From Octopus vulgaris (Eukaryota), in the NCBI GenBank assembly GCA_951406725.2, contig OX597816.1, forward strand, positions 67,766,001 to 67,830,000: a stretch of 64,000 nucleotides of DNA. The letters run 5' to 3'. Below are positions 43,077 through 58,322 of the stretch, piece by piece. Position 1 is the first letter of the stretch. Each line of letters starts with the position of its first letter. The position numbers and the translations under genes were made by a program. The notes beneath the pieces were generated by a model that saw nothing but the letters and a program-made list of their open reading frames with translations, had not been told where the DNA came from and ran no database searches.

Positions 43077-43556
43077 AAAAAACGAAAAGTCTTTTACTGT
43101 GAGAAACAGTTGTCATTTTGTACCGTTGTGAAAATATAAGATAAAACTTCGTAAAACTCTAAAACAGCTGGCTTGTTGCTTGTGTAGAATTTCAGCGAAA
43201 AAAAGAAGCAAAACAAAAAACAAAAAAAAACAAGTGTGTGAATATGTATGTATGTATAAACATGTGTATAGGTTTATACATGTACTTATACGTGCATATG
43301 TGTGTGTATTCTTTTATTCTTTTAGTTGTTTCAATCATTTTGACTGCGGCCATGCTGGAACACCGCCTTTAGTCGAGCAAATCGACCCCAGGACTTATTC
43401 TTTGTAAGCCTAGTACTTATTCTATCGGTCTCTCTTGCCGAATCGCTAAGTTACGGGGGGCCGTAAACACACCAGCATCGGTTGTCAAGCGATGCTGGGG
43501 AGACAAACACAGACACACAAACATATATATATATACACACATACATACATACATAT

Positions 43557-43559
<3 letters not shown>

Positions 43560-43588
<29 letters not shown>

Positions 43589-43681
43589 AATACGTTATAT
43601 ATATATATATATATATATAAAATACGTTATATATATATATATATAAATACGTTATATATATATATATATATATAAATACGT

Positions 43682-43712
<31 letters not shown>

Positions 43713-43988
43713 CGTTATATATATATATATATATATAATATATATATAAATACGTTATATATATATATATATATATAAATACGTTATATATATATATATA
43801 TATATAAAATACGTTATATATATATATATATATATAAATACGTTATATATATATATATATATATATAAATACGTTATATATATATATATATATATAAATA
43901 CGTTATATATATATATATATATATAATACGTTATATATATATATATATATATATATAAATACGTTATATATATATATATATATATATA

Positions 43989-44024
<36 letters not shown>

Positions 44025-44085
44025 CGTTATATATATATATATATATATAAATACGTTATATATATATATATATATATATAATACG

Positions 44086-44133
<48 letters not shown>

Positions 44134-44134
44134 G

Positions 44135-44174
<40 letters not shown>

Positions 44175-44197
44175 GTTATATATATATATATATATAT
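43560..44197. repeat. (TA)n array punctuated by AAATACGT
   Basis: Directly visible. The same unit resumes at 47645 on the other side of the LINE. Confidence 0.95.
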
Positions 44198-47100
44198 AAC
44201 TTAGAATAACTTAGAAAGGTTTTTGGCCAGTATTGGCCCAGGCCATGTCTAACTTAATAGCACCACCTGGCGAAGTCTTTCAGTTCAGGATTTGGGCACC
44301 AAGGCCCATTCGAGCAGAGAGTTATTGTTTGCGGAGACATATCCGGGTGTGGATGGTTTGTCCGGTACTGTTTGAAGGAATTTGTCCAAAGACTTCTTGA
44401 ATTTTGTGTGGTCAGTTTCTTTTTTGACGTGTCCTGGTGTAATGTTGAAGAGAGCGGGTCCAATTGAGGTGAAATAGTTGTGCCGTATTGTCGTTATGTG
44501 ATGCGATTTAGATTTTTGTTGTGGACGGATGGCACGTGGTCCAAGTCTTGGATGCATTTTGAAGGTGATGCCAACATCATTCGGACAGTGCTGATGGAAT
44601 ATTTTCCACATCATACAGATAATGTAGCGTTCACGGCGTCGTTGGAGTGAATACAATTTCAGCTTCTCTAGTCTACCCCAGTAGTCAAGGTCTGACATGC
44701 CATCTATCTTTTTTGTGATTGACCTTTGGGGAGCTTCAATTCTCATAATATTTTGTTTTGTGTAGGGAGACCACAGTGGACAGCAGTATTCAAGGTGGGG
44801 TCGGGCAAAAGTGGAGAAGAGAAGGATAATAGCGTGGGAATCTCTCGACTGGAAGGTTCTGAGAATCCAGGAACACATTCTGCGGGCCATGTCAACTTTG
44901 CTGCTTATATGTGTAGCCCAGCTTATGTTGTTGTCCACTGTTACTCCCAGGTCTCTGATGTTGTTGGATGCCATGAGAATTTCTCCAGAAGGAAGAGAGT
45001 ATGGGAGTTTCAGAGCGTCCTCCCTTCCAAAGTGGATCAGTTCGAATTTGTCTTCATTTAGCAACATGTTATTCTTTTCCGCCCATTGGACAACAGCTAG
45101 TAGGTCTGACTGAAGGTTTATTCGGTCATCCACGCCATTGATGACCTTCTGGAGCTTGGAATCATCAGCGAAGGTTCTGATGTTGCTGTGTTTGATGGTG
45201 TCAGTAATATCATTTATGTAGATGATGAAGAGAAGTGGGCCCAACACAGTGCCTTGTGGGACACCACTGCTGACTTTGGCTGGGCTGGATTTGACTCCTT
45301 CGACTACAACATGTTGGGTTCTGTTAGAGAGGAAGCACTTGATCCATTGCAGCAGCTTTCCAGTGACACCAATATTGGACAGCTTTCTCAGAAGGATCTT
45401 ATGATCAACCCTGTCAAAGGCCTTGCTGAAATCAAGGTAGATGACATCAGTGTTGGAACCCTCTCCCAAGGCTCTCAAAATGTCATCAAAATGATGCAGT
45501 AGCTGCGTCAGGCAATCTCTCCCATTACGGAATCCATGCTGGTTGGGGTTCAGCATATTATGACTCTCAAGGAAGTGAGTCATACGCGATCTCAGCACCC
45601 TCTCAAATACCTTGATGATATGAGAGGTGAGTGAGATTGGACGGTAATTCACGGCAAGCGATTTGTTTCCTTTTTGAAAACTGGGATAACAGACTGGGAT
45701 AGAAGGTCTTCTGGTATATATCCAGCATCCAATGAGTTCCGCCACAGATTGGCTAGAGGGAGTGCAAGTTGGTTTTGACACATCTTCAAGACACAAGCAG
45801 GGAACCTATCGGGACCTACTGCTGAATTATGCTTCATTTCCTTTATTGCTGCTAAGACATCAGGAGCGCCAAATGTTATGTCCGATAAAGTGTATTGGGG
45901 AGTAACATCACTGATACAGCCCAGATCAGTCATATCAGGATTGCTGAAAACAGAGCAATATTGTTTCTGCAATATTTCTCCCATGGTTTTGGCATTGTCT
46001 TGAAGAATACCATTTTCATCAATCAGAGGGCCAACAGTAGAACCAGTGACTCTGTGTTTTTTTGCAAATGAAAAGAACACTTTGGGATTGAGTTTGATCT
46101 TCTCAATGGCCCAGGCCTCTTCAGCTCTTCGCTGACTATTGATGATAGACATCATGTTGTTTTGGAGTTTATGTTTTTTAATCTCTAGCGACGAGATGGC
46201 AGTCAGGTTGGTGTGTTGCTGTTGACAGTATTTCAGCATGTTGATCTTTTTGTTGATTCTTTTAATTTTCCTTATGAGAGATTTTCTATTTCTAGGGATT
46301 CGACACTTAGATTTGTTTGCAGATCTTAATGGGGTGTGTCTTGCACATATGTTCGTGATGGTGTCTACAAGTGACTGCCAGGACTTTTTGATGTTAGTGG
46401 GTGTGTATGTGTGCGTGAAGGACCAATCGACTTGTGCAAGATCATTATTGATCGCTTCCCAGTTTGCATTGTGGAAATCCATAGTGTCAAATGGATGAAC
46501 AGGAGGGATGACATTTGTTTTGCATTTTGGCCAGTGAAATCTCAGATCACAGAGAACCATGTCATGGTCGGAGAGTAGGGTTTTCTCCACTGCAATATTG
46601 TGGATAGTATCAGTGTGATTGCTGAAAATTAAGTCTAAGACGTTTTTGTGACATCTCGTTGGTTCGAGTACCAGTTGGGACAAGAAGAAGTCATCCATGA
46701 AGTCAAGAAGCGATTCCACTGCCTCCCTGTCAGGGGTTGAGAGAGAAGAACCTGGCGGCAGACTGTTTGTAGACCAGTCAACCCCGGGAAGGTTGAAATC
46801 TCCCATCATTAAAATGTTGTCAGGTTGACACTGCTGAATGAAACACTTTATGCTGTTGAGGCATTCCTTGAAGCATGGTAGGGGCGTTTGGGGTGGTCTG
46901 TAGAGCCCAACTACTGTTAAGTTGTTGGTTTGACTGAATACAGCGACTGCTTCGCAGTATCCATTCGAAAATATGTTCATGGCTTCTGTTGAGAATGAAT
47001 CATGGACATAAATGGCAGTCCCACCCTTTCTTCTGCCAACACGATCAGCACGAATGGTTTTGAAATTTTTAACTTTCACCTCGGCTTCCAAGTGGAGGTC

Positions 47101-47640
47101 ACTAAGATGGGTTTCAGTGAGGACGAAGAAAGGGATGTGGTTTGGATGGGCCTCGACCCAGTCCTCCAGGAATCTTATCTTCCATTTTTGTGTATTGGTG
47201 GAAGGGCTGATGCCTTGGGCATTAAGCAGAAATGTTGAGGCGAGAGTGGATGGTTTTAATTGTTTTGGTGATTTGTTTATTTGATTGCTTTTTAATGGCA
47301 TGTGTAGTGGGGTAATAGTGGTGGATGGCGGTGGGTGATAGCTCGGATGTTTTTTTCCAGTTCTTTTGCTAGATTCATTATAGCTAAAAAAGAGGAAGAA
47401 GAGGTGGTTTCCTGTCTAGGGAACCGCAGGTGACTGTGGCCGCGGCTATTTTTATGTGAGTGGTTATCTTTAAATGTCCGACGAGTCCCCGGGAGATGGG
47501 TAAAGGGGCAATCCCTGTGCAAACACAATCTGTCTCGCTGGGAATAGCGGCAGATTTGGGGATTCCTTGTTTGAGATATTGGTGGTTGTGGTGATGTTGT
47601 ATTATGGTGGTTGCTGTTGTAGTTTGTGGGGATAGAGCGT
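44198..47640 (-). mobile_element. Near full-length LINE (CR1/L2/Proto2-like group): partial ORF1 + APE-RT ORF2 with one frameshift
   Basis: Endonuclease motifs LNAQG, LTETHL, RKGGG, YRPP, GDFNLP, LDLIF and SDH. RT motifs YRPISLTS, QHGFR, YLDFSKAFD, GVPQGTVLGPLLF and FADD. ORF2 spans 47301-44285 with a single break near 45671-45675. Tail (TTCTAAGTTA)2. Confidence 0.95.
47292..47565 (-). CDS. C-terminal part of LINE ORF1 with a CCCH zinc finger
   Basis: PQICRYSQRDRLCLHRDCPFTHLPGT is C-x8-C-x4-C-x3-H. The ORF end overlaps the ORF2 start by 10 nt. Confidence 0.7.
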
Positions 47641-47644
47641 TTTG

Positions 47645-49828
<2,184 letters not shown>

Positions 49829-49929
49829 CTAGTACTCGCGCTAGGTAGTCGTTTTAGGATCGACTAGTCACGACTAGCTAGCGAGTACATGAGTGCGCGC
49901 ACCGGGACCACCCTTCTTAAATAGTACCC
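49829..49929. mobile_element. Isolated end of a Merlin-family non-autonomous element
   Basis: GACTAGCTAGCG...GCGCGCAC.GGGACCAC...TAGTACCC matches 53542-53610. Confidence 0.65.
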
Positions 49930-50269
49930 AAAGTTTATACTGAAATGATATTGTGTTTAACTAAAAAAGCATAACTATGAAGAAATTGAAAAAAAAAAAA
50001 ATGCTTGAACCGAAATTTCTTTCGAGTTTAATTTTTAAATACATAAATTTTAAGAAATTGTTATTCTTACTACGATATTCTACCGTAGAATTAATTATTG
50101 CGAATATCGGTGCCCAAAAATAATGAATCATTAGCGAAAAAGAAAACTGAAGCAATCATTGCTGAATTTCCAATCTGATTCATCTAATAATGCTAAGCAG
50201 AAGAGAATTGCAAACGAAGTTTCGCAGCTCAAGGGAGGTCTTGCAAAGTCTTTGATACCATCATTGGAT

Positions 50270-50925
50270 GATCTAGGACAGGTCGACTGCCAACCAGTGC
50301 AGCCAGTTCTAGGAAACTTTGATCCAAAAATTTATGGAAATTAGAGACGTGACTTCTCGTCAAGCTGGTATACTGGTCGTCCATGGTTAGAGTATTCTCT
50401 TTCAAAGAAAGCCTTGTTTTGTTTTGCTTGTCGGCACTTTATTACTTCTGCTCAAGCTGATGCTTGTTTTATTAAAAATGGATATTCTAATTGGCATCAT
50501 GCAAAAGAAAAAAAACAAAGGTTTAAATAAGCACGCAAACTCTGCATCCCATATCCAAGCTATGATAACATGGAAGGAACGTCAACAGCGTTTATCCACA
50601 CCAACATCCGTGTCTTCAATCTTTCAAAATGATCAGTTGAGCAAAAACCGTTATTATATCAGTTCCATTGTTGATATTGTTCATTTTCTTTGTGCAAACG
50701 AATTGCCTTTTCGAGGAAACGAAAATGAAGCTTTTCAGGATCTTTATTCGGAAGATGATACGTAGCCTTGTGGTCTTTTAATGAAATTATTCCAGTACAC
50801 ATCGGAGAAAGACTCAAAGTTAATAGAATGTTACAGCATGATTCCAAAAAATGCGACCTACACCTCAGCAGCAATGCAAAACGAAATCATCGAATTGTTG
50901 AGAAGACACACTGTCAGCCTCGTGG
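50270..50925 (+). pseudogene. hAT (ZMYM1-like/Tip100-type) transposase N-terminal relic
   Basis: RDFSSSWY..RPWLEYS...ALFCFACRHF...GYSNW...KHANSASH (TTF-type Zn finger), then NR......IVHFLCANELPFRG...NATYTS...QNEIIE (DUF4371-like). Stops and frameshifts; no TIRs seen. Confidence 0.85.
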
Positions 50926-51352
50926 TCGATATTTATTTGAAATTATATAAAAATAATGTTTAAAGATTTGGCTGTTATCTCTAGCATGTAGAAAGACCTT
51001 TTAGGCTTAACTATGTGTTTGTTGAAAATCATTAAAAAAAATATTGGAGTCGATACATTCGACTAAAAATTCTTCGAGGTGATGCCCCAGCATGGCCTCA
51101 GTTTAATGATTGTAACAAGTAAAATGAAAATAAAAACGAAATATATCAGAAGTTTTGACCAGGTTAGGCGTCAAGAAATGTGGGGGAAAAAAAAAAACAA
51201 ACGAAAAAATAACCGAAAAATATAAGCATGGGGCTTTTGTCCACTTTCACGCTTTAAGTAGGAGCTTTTGTCCGTACCCCTGTTCAGCACCCCCAGTTGC
51301 AATTGGCTGGCTACGTGGCTGTATAGGCCACACTTGTACTTTATGAGACGGT

Positions 51353-51681
51353 CAACTATTTTTAATCTTTTAGTCAGAAGAGACAATGTTGTACTCCTGC
51401 TCTGGATTGGAAATTTATTTATTGGACAATGAAAGGAAGAAAAATAATGTTAGTGTTGGCGCGATTTGAACTCAGAGCGTAGATAGTCGAAATAAATAGC
51501 GCCTAATGAATATGCCAACTATTTTAAATCTTTTAGTCAGAAGAGACAATGTTGTACTCTTGCTCTGGATTGGAAATTTATTTATTGGACAATGAAAGGA
51601 AGAAAAATAATGTTAGTGTTGGCGCGATTTGAACTCAGAGCGTAGCTAGTCGAAATAAATAGCGCCTAATGAATATGCCAA
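51353..51681 (+). repeat. Tandem duplication of a roughly 163-bp unit
   Basis: Units start at 51353 and 51516 and are nearly identical. Confidence 0.92.
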
Positions 51682-52490
51682 TTTTTCTAACTTATCACAG
51701 GTGAAATATTTTCTGGTGAGAAAATCTAGAGCCTGGTACACACGCACACACATGTATGCTTCCATTTCGGTTCAGATATGTGATGTTCATAAGCCACAAA
51801 AATGGGGAAACATCGATGTTCATCGCTCCTGAACGGGATTTGAGGCGAGTTGTCTCGTCTGCCTATAACTTTCGTGTATTCTAACACCTGACTTTTTGAG
51901 AGAGAGTCATCCACACCGCACCATATCCCTGCCTACCCACGAAACTAGCAAAGCACATACATTGAGTATGTGTTCAATAATGTTTATAACGTGTGTGTGT
52001 GTGTGTGTACGTTGGCTAGTCAAATATCAAATCTTCCATCGGAGAAAAACGTTACTTGTAATAAACCATCGTCCAATCTAAGGATAGACATTTATTTCTC
52101 ACTTTCCTATGATTTAAAATCAGATATAAGCACCAATCATATTTGGTTTTGTGGTTTTAAAACAAATTAGCTAAACACACGTTACAGAACATATTGTTCT
52201 CCAGAGAGTGTCAAAGAATATTTTGTGAGTTATTTATACGTCTTTATTCTGTATCGTATGTTGTACACGGTTAGAGGTTTACAGTGGGTTAATCACGAGT
52301 TTCTACATCGTACGATAGCGAGAGCGACAAAGGAAAGCCTGTGCTACTTGGGCGGAAGAAATACTACATAAGGTACTTTATATTCGAAAGCACCGGTTTT
52401 TCGGTAATCTCGCTAAACTCATATACAACGGATTTCCACAAAATTCCTACCATTGAAATTTCACTTCGCTTCCAGAACATTGGCTGGCAC

Positions 52491-53355
52491 GGATCTTTTC
52501 CTTTTGAACGGCACATGTCAACACAATTTCTAGTTAACTAAACACTTTTAAACTTCGTATACTGGTAGAATGTGTTTATAAAACATCATTTTTTCTTGGC
52601 TTTATTGAGAAAATTCTATATGTTGTAACATATTCCCACTTTAATTTCAAGCATTTCAGCAATTTTAACCAATCGCTGACCTCCATTTGGGGTGAAAATA
52701 TACCGTGCTGTATGAATATGTCCCTCGTTTAAGAAACAGATTGGGTTTATTTACATTTGCGAATAAAAAAAGATACCCTTCCCCCACCCCTAACCCTAAA
52801 TCTAAAATAGATTTGATTTTGATTTTGATTTTTCCAGTTTCAGCTTATGAGCTGTGGCCATGCTGGGGCACCGCCATTGAAATGCAATAGATCAATACTA
52901 GGGTTATAATTATGGGTGACAATTTCATACGACACCGCTACGGAAAATGGGATTTTTTCTAGCGGTGTCAAATGAAAATGTCAACCATAATTATAACCCT
53001 AGTATCGATCTATTGCATTTCAATCTATTTTAGATTTAGGGTTAGAGTTAGGGTTAGGGGTGGGGGAAGGGTATCTTTTTTTATTCGCAAATGTAAATAA
53101 ACCCAATCTGTTTCTTAAACGAGGGACATATTCATACAGCACGGAATGTTTTCACCCCAAATGGAAGTCAGCGATTGGTTAAAATTGCCGAAATGCTCGA
53201 AATTTCAGACGAAATATCTTACAAACTATAGAATTTTCTTAATAAAGCCAAGAAAAATGATGTTTTATAAACACATTCTACCAGTATACGAAGTTTAAAA
53301 GTGTTTAGTTAACTAGAAATTGTGTTGACATGTGCCGTTCAAAAGGAAAAGATCC
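52491..53355. mobile_element. Foldback MITE (about 400-bp arms), probably Merlin superfamily
   Basis: GGATCTTTTCCTTTTGAACGGC... is palindromic over almost its entire length. GG...CC ends and an 8-bp TSD with one mismatch (GCTGGCAC/GTTGGCAC). Confidence 0.88.
52814..52875 (-). mobile_element. LINE 3' tail inserted into the left arm of the foldback MITE
   Basis: GGCGGTGCCCCAGCATGGCCACAGCTCATAAGCTGAAACTGG+(AAAATC)n is absent from the right arm. ATT is duplicated at the junctions. Confidence 0.85.
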
Positions 53356-53363
53356 GTTGGCAC

Positions 53364-53610
53364 TACTACCGCACACGCGCAGTTGCGCATCCGCGCTAGC
53401 TAGTCGTAAGTAGTCGATGCTACAACGACTACCTAGCAAAGTAAATAAAACACAAAATAAATAAGTTTTTTACACAAAGTAAATAATTTTTTAAACTAAG
53501 TAAATAACACACAAAAGCACAAAGTAAGGATCAACTAGCCATGACTAGCTAGCGCGGATGCGCGACTACGCGAGCGCGCGCACTGGGACCACTGTTTGCT
53601 AGTAGTACCC
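53364..53610. mobile_element. Merlin-family MITE with damaged left end
   Basis: Right end ...CCACTGTTTGCTAGTAGTACC matches the TIR of the adjacent Merlin element. Inner inverted CGCATCCGCGCTAGCTAGTC. Confidence 0.75.
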
Positions 53611-53654
53611 ATTAGTTAATTTAAAACTATTATAAATGAGATTTGAGATACCGG

Positions 53655-54683
53655 GGTACTACTAGCGAACAGTGGTCCAGGTGCGCGCACACGCGCAGTC
53701 GCGCTAGCTAGTCGCATGCGCGATTAAAACACAAAGTAAATAATTTTATAAACTAAATAAGTAAATTATTTTTTATAAACAAACTGTTTTTTTTTTTAAA
53801 TGTATATAATTTTTTTTACACAAATTAAATAATATTTTTCGAACAAAGTATGCAAATAGCAAATAAAGAATTGAATATCTCACAGTTCTTGCAATTCGTT
53901 CGAAAATGCCACCAAACAATAAAAGAAAATGTTGAAGTTCATTTGATTTACCTGAATGTGAACCATTCTGAAAGGTGCTTCAGAATGTTTTCAAAACATT
54001 ACTTCCCACTTTTCCGTATTCTTCTCTCCAAAGAAATTCATCCAGGTACGATTCCACCATGTTCGTGTGTACCCCCATCATAGTCTTGAAACGTCTTTTT
54101 GCATTCTTCCAATAACATTCCACAGAATTTGTGTGTACATTTGTTTTGGGATCTACGAAATTTTCCGAATGGTTCACTTTGAAATGGGTGTATTTTGGTG
54201 TCACATCCATTTCATTAATACCATTATACGCACCCCAACAATCGGAATATATAGTCGTACCTGGTTTTATGAATTTTTTGATAAGGGGCAAAAGGTTTTC
54301 CAGAGGAACGGTCAGGTACGAAGACTAGAAACCCTTTCTTGTCTTCTCTATCCCATCCTCCAAAAACCCACCTCTCCTGTGGCATTCTACCTCTGTTGTA
54401 TTTTCGTTTGCACATCATAGATTCATCTATTTCTACGATGTGCCCAAGTCCACCAATTTGGTATGGGTTATGTACAAGATAATTGCTTGTAATGTCCCTT
54501 TCTGGCAATGTAAACATCGGGGAATAACACTGTTCGAAACTTTCTTCTCCTTCAGAAACGAATACGCCGCATGTGCGATACAAACATGTATCGCGCATGG
54601 GCGAATCTATTCATTTGCATACGCGCAAGTCGTTGTAGGATGCGCGACTGCGCGTACCGAGACCGCTGTTTGCTAGTAGTACC
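53655..54683 (-). mobile_element. Merlin (IS1016/IS1595-like) DNA transposon, internally deleted
   Basis: TIR GGTACTACTAGC.AACAG.GGTC and perfect 9-bp TSD AGATACCGG (53646-53654, 54684-54692). Transposase core VEIDES...KYNRGR...WVFGG, IYSDCWGAY, VNHSENFVDP, HTNSVECYW and YLDEFLWR. One frameshift near 54297. Confidence 0.95.
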
Positions 54684-56226
54684 AGATACCGGTACGGGGC
54701 GAGATCGAACCCGGAACCATATGGCTGCGAAGCGAACTTTCTAACCATATAGTCATGCTTGCGCAGAGTGTGAATTAGATCAGTCTGGGGCTTAATGGTT
54801 GGTAAGTTACATAGTGTCGAATAGTTTGCAGATGTTCAATGCCGTAATACTGCTTTCGGTGAGGCGTTATATTATTAACAGCGGTTTGTGGAATGGTATT
54901 TAGATGAACAAGTCTATAGCTGAAGAATTAACAACATCATGATGATACAGCTGTTAAATGTCAGTCAACTTTGGCTGTGACACTGGAGTTGTTTGTAAGG
55001 GGAAAAAAACCTTGTGAAAATATATAAACTAACAGAACAACAGGAGGTATTGGGAGTTAACGATGATAATTTGAAGATATTTCAGTTTTAAAAAATTCCC
55101 AATGTTTATGTTTATCTGACATAAAGAACTTAAGGACAACTTGAACGTAGGTTTAATTCTGGGTATTTCTACGTAATTATATATCTTTTACTTGTTACAG
55201 TCATTAGACTGCGGCCATGCTGGAACACGGCCTTCAAGAATTTTAGTCGAACGAATCGCCCCTAGTGCTTATTAGTTTTTTTTTTAAGCCTCGTACTTAT
55301 TCTATCGGTTTCTGTTGCTCAACCGCTAAGATACGGGGACGTAAGCACACGAACAACGATTATGAAGTGGTAGTGGGTAGGAAATAAGCACACGCGCGTG
55401 CGTGACGGGCTTCTTTCAGTTTTCGTTGATCAAATCCATTCACAAAGCTATGGTCGACCAGAAGTTATAGTAGAGGACACGTGCCAAAAGCGGCGAGCTG
55501 GCAGAAACTAGCATGCTGGGCGAAATGCTAAATCCATCTTTACATTGAGTTCAAATTCTGCCATGGTTGACTTGACCGTTCATCCTTTCAGGATCAATAA
55601 AATAATTAACAATTAAGCACTGGGGATTGATGTAACTGACATACACCCTGCTCTGAAATTGCTGGCCTTGCACCAAAATTTGAAACCAATATTAAAATAA
55701 CAAAATAGTTACCTGATTAAATTACCTTAATATTTGTTGCTTTCGTTAATTACTACAACATGAATCAATTACCTCTCCGTTCGTTAATTATCATAACTCT
55801 CGTTACATACCAAAGACGTTACTTGTTTCAGTCATTTTGACTGCGGCCATGCTGGAGCACTGCCTTTAGTCGAGCAAATCGACCCCAGGACTTATTCTTT
55901 GTAAGCCTAATACTTATTCTATCGGTCTCTTTTGCCGAACCGCTAAGTTATGGGGACGTAAACACACCAGCATCAGTTGTCAAGCGATGTTGGTGGGGAC
56001 AAACACAGATACACAAACACATAGATATATGCAAATACATATATACAACGGGCTTCTTTCAGTTTCCGTCCACCAAATCCAGTCACAAGGCTTTGGTCAG
56101 CCCGAGGCTGTAGTAGAAGACACTTGCCCAAGGTGCCACGCAGTGGGACTGAACCCAAAACCATGTGGTTGGTAAGCAAGCTACTTACCACACAGCCACT
56201 CCTGGTTAACTTGCATACATTAATTA

Positions 56227-56438
56227 CGAGAGGGTGTTAAAAAGTTCCTGGTTTTAAGTGTATCGCAAACAGTCTGGTTGGAAACCCAGCTTCTGACTTC
56301 TTTTACAGGGCTTAGAAAAACTGAAGGACTGTTGCAATAAGTAAATGTGAGAGGGGAATATATTGAATAAAATCATAATTAACTGATCTTCCTATATTTT
56401 CTTTTCCCCCAAAGTTAGGAACTTTCAGCACCCTCTCG
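56227..56438. mobile_element. Mariner-type MITE
   Basis: TIR CGAGAGGGTG.T.AAA.GTTCC with TA on both flanks. Confidence 0.8.
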
Positions 56439-56549
56439 TAGATGACACTGATTACCTAACATGGATTAACCTTTTGTTACCATATTTCTGTTGAAATGCA
56501 CAGCCCTTGTTTTAATTAATTTAAAAAATAATGAAGATTTTAGGAAATA

Positions 56550-56802
56550 ATTTTCTCGGCATGTAAAAAGCGCCAACCGATCGCAGCCACTGCCAGCCTC
56601 CCCTGGCACCTGTGCCGGTGACACGTAAAAAGCACCCACTACACTCACGGAGTGGTTGGCGTTAGGTAGGCCATCTAGCTGTAGAAACACTGTCAGATCA
56701 GAATGGAGCCCAGTGCAGCCTCCTGGCTTCCCAGACCCCGGTCGAACCGTCCAACCCCTGCTAGCACGGAAATCGGACGTTAAACGATGATGATGATGAT
56801 GA
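56550..56802 (+). mobile_element. Dispersed repeat/SINE 3' part ending in (ATG)n
   Basis: ...GGTTGGCGTTAGG...CCGTCCAACCC.TGCTAGCA.GGAA..CGTTAAACG(ATG)n. Related pieces at 57030-57192, 59575-59670(-) and 61365-61475(-). Confidence 0.65.
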
Positions 56803-57517
56803 TTACTTAAAGATGTGCTGAGCTGTAATTGTGAAGGATACCTATGGAAGTGGTAGACCCAGGAAGATGTGGGACAAAGTGGTGAGAAGGGATTTTCACT
56901 GGGCCTCATCGAGATAATGACACAGGAGCAGGAGGTGTGACAATTTACTGTGCTTGATAAAACACATCAAGCTAAGTAAAATCGCCATATTCCACATATA
57001 CAGGTTTGTCCTTTCATGTGCTGGTGCCACATAGAAAGCACCAATGCCACTGCTAAGTGGTTGGCATTAGGAAGCGCATCCAGTTGTAGAAACCATGCCT
57101 CAACAGCTCCCTGCTAGCCAGTTACATGTCAAACCGTCCAACCCATGCCAGAATGGAAAAAAGATGTTAAACGATGATGATGATGATGATGATTACTAAG
57201 CTGGTGTTAAGAGAAAAAGTTAAACTTTTGATGGAAGATTTCATTTCGATCTCTTTGTATAAAAAAAAAAAAAAAAAAAAAGCAACCTCAAGCAGGTCAG
57301 CATCAAAAGCATTAACTAACCACACGACCATGGTTAACTGATGCAAAACAATAATAAATAATTGGGACACATTTGCTTAATTAAAACTTCAGTAATTAAA
57401 TTGATTTATTTCGTAAGTAAACTACCAGGCTCAGTTCAACAAACACCAGTAATCAGGCAACTCAGTCAGTTTTTATGTACGTATGAATATATATATATAA
57501 AATGTATGTGGTGTGTA

Positions 57518-57562
<45 letters not shown>

Positions 57563-57901
57563 GTATGTATGTATGTATGTATGAATGCATGCATGATGTT
57601 CATGTTTTGTAAGAAACTTCAGCTTCTTGAATTGTGCACTTTCTAAGTATTATGTTTCTTTCCAATGATTCAAAAGTATGAACAACTGAAAATGTAAGCT
57701 TTATAGTTACAATTCACGAAATATCAGTTTCTAATACAATATATATATATACTCTATGTATTGAGTACATTTTCCCTCTTTGTAAACACAAACACATATA
57801 TACAGGCATGTGTGTGTCTGCGTATAAGTGCGTGTTTGTGCATGCATGTTGTTTTATGTAGATATGAAGACACTTGTATGTGTGTATGAATGCACCTATT
57901 T

Positions 57902-58052
57902 TCAATACTGTGATGGTTGATAGTTGTTGTATTGTGGGCCAGGGGGCCCCAACTGTCTATGTAACTGGGCCACAAGCTGTTGCTGTGTGGTGGGCTGTAT
58001 CTGAGTGTTTGGCATGACCAGCATGCGTTGTGGTGGTTGTGGGGCTGGTTGT

Positions 58053-58090
<38 letters not shown>

Positions 58091-58322
58091 TTGTTGCTGT
58101 TGGTGTTGCTGCTGCTGTTGTTGTTGTTGCTGTTGTAGTAACTGTTGCTGTTGTTGCTGCTGCTGCTGTTGTTGCTGCTGCTGAGCTGGTGGTGGCATAC
58201 CTTGCATGTAAGCATGACTCTGCTGTGGTGGTCCCGTTGGACCAAGCTGACTATAGTTTGATATGGAACCCATTGAGTTGGTGTGTCTCTGCAGACTACT
58301 TGGCGTCATTTGAGGAGGGAGT
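57902..58322 (-). CDS. Terminal exon of a polyQ/Pro-rich protein, MED12 (Mediator subunit 12/kohtalo)-like C-terminus
   Basis: ttttcAG acceptor; phase matches exon 60303-60540. Mixed CAA/CAG polyQ, then QQQLVAQLHRQLG...QY*, which recalls the MED12 terminal LVxQLxxQL...Y. The exon is well supported; the MED12 identity is tentative. Confidence 0.75.

Noticed and set aside
52785-53062. Interstitial telomere
   Set aside because: Only two or three TTAGGG units, mirrored as part of the MITE arms.
53980-54480. Bacterial IS1595 insertion or contamination
   Set aside because: TIRs, the 9-bp TSD, related MITEs and the host context fit a eukaryotic Merlin element.
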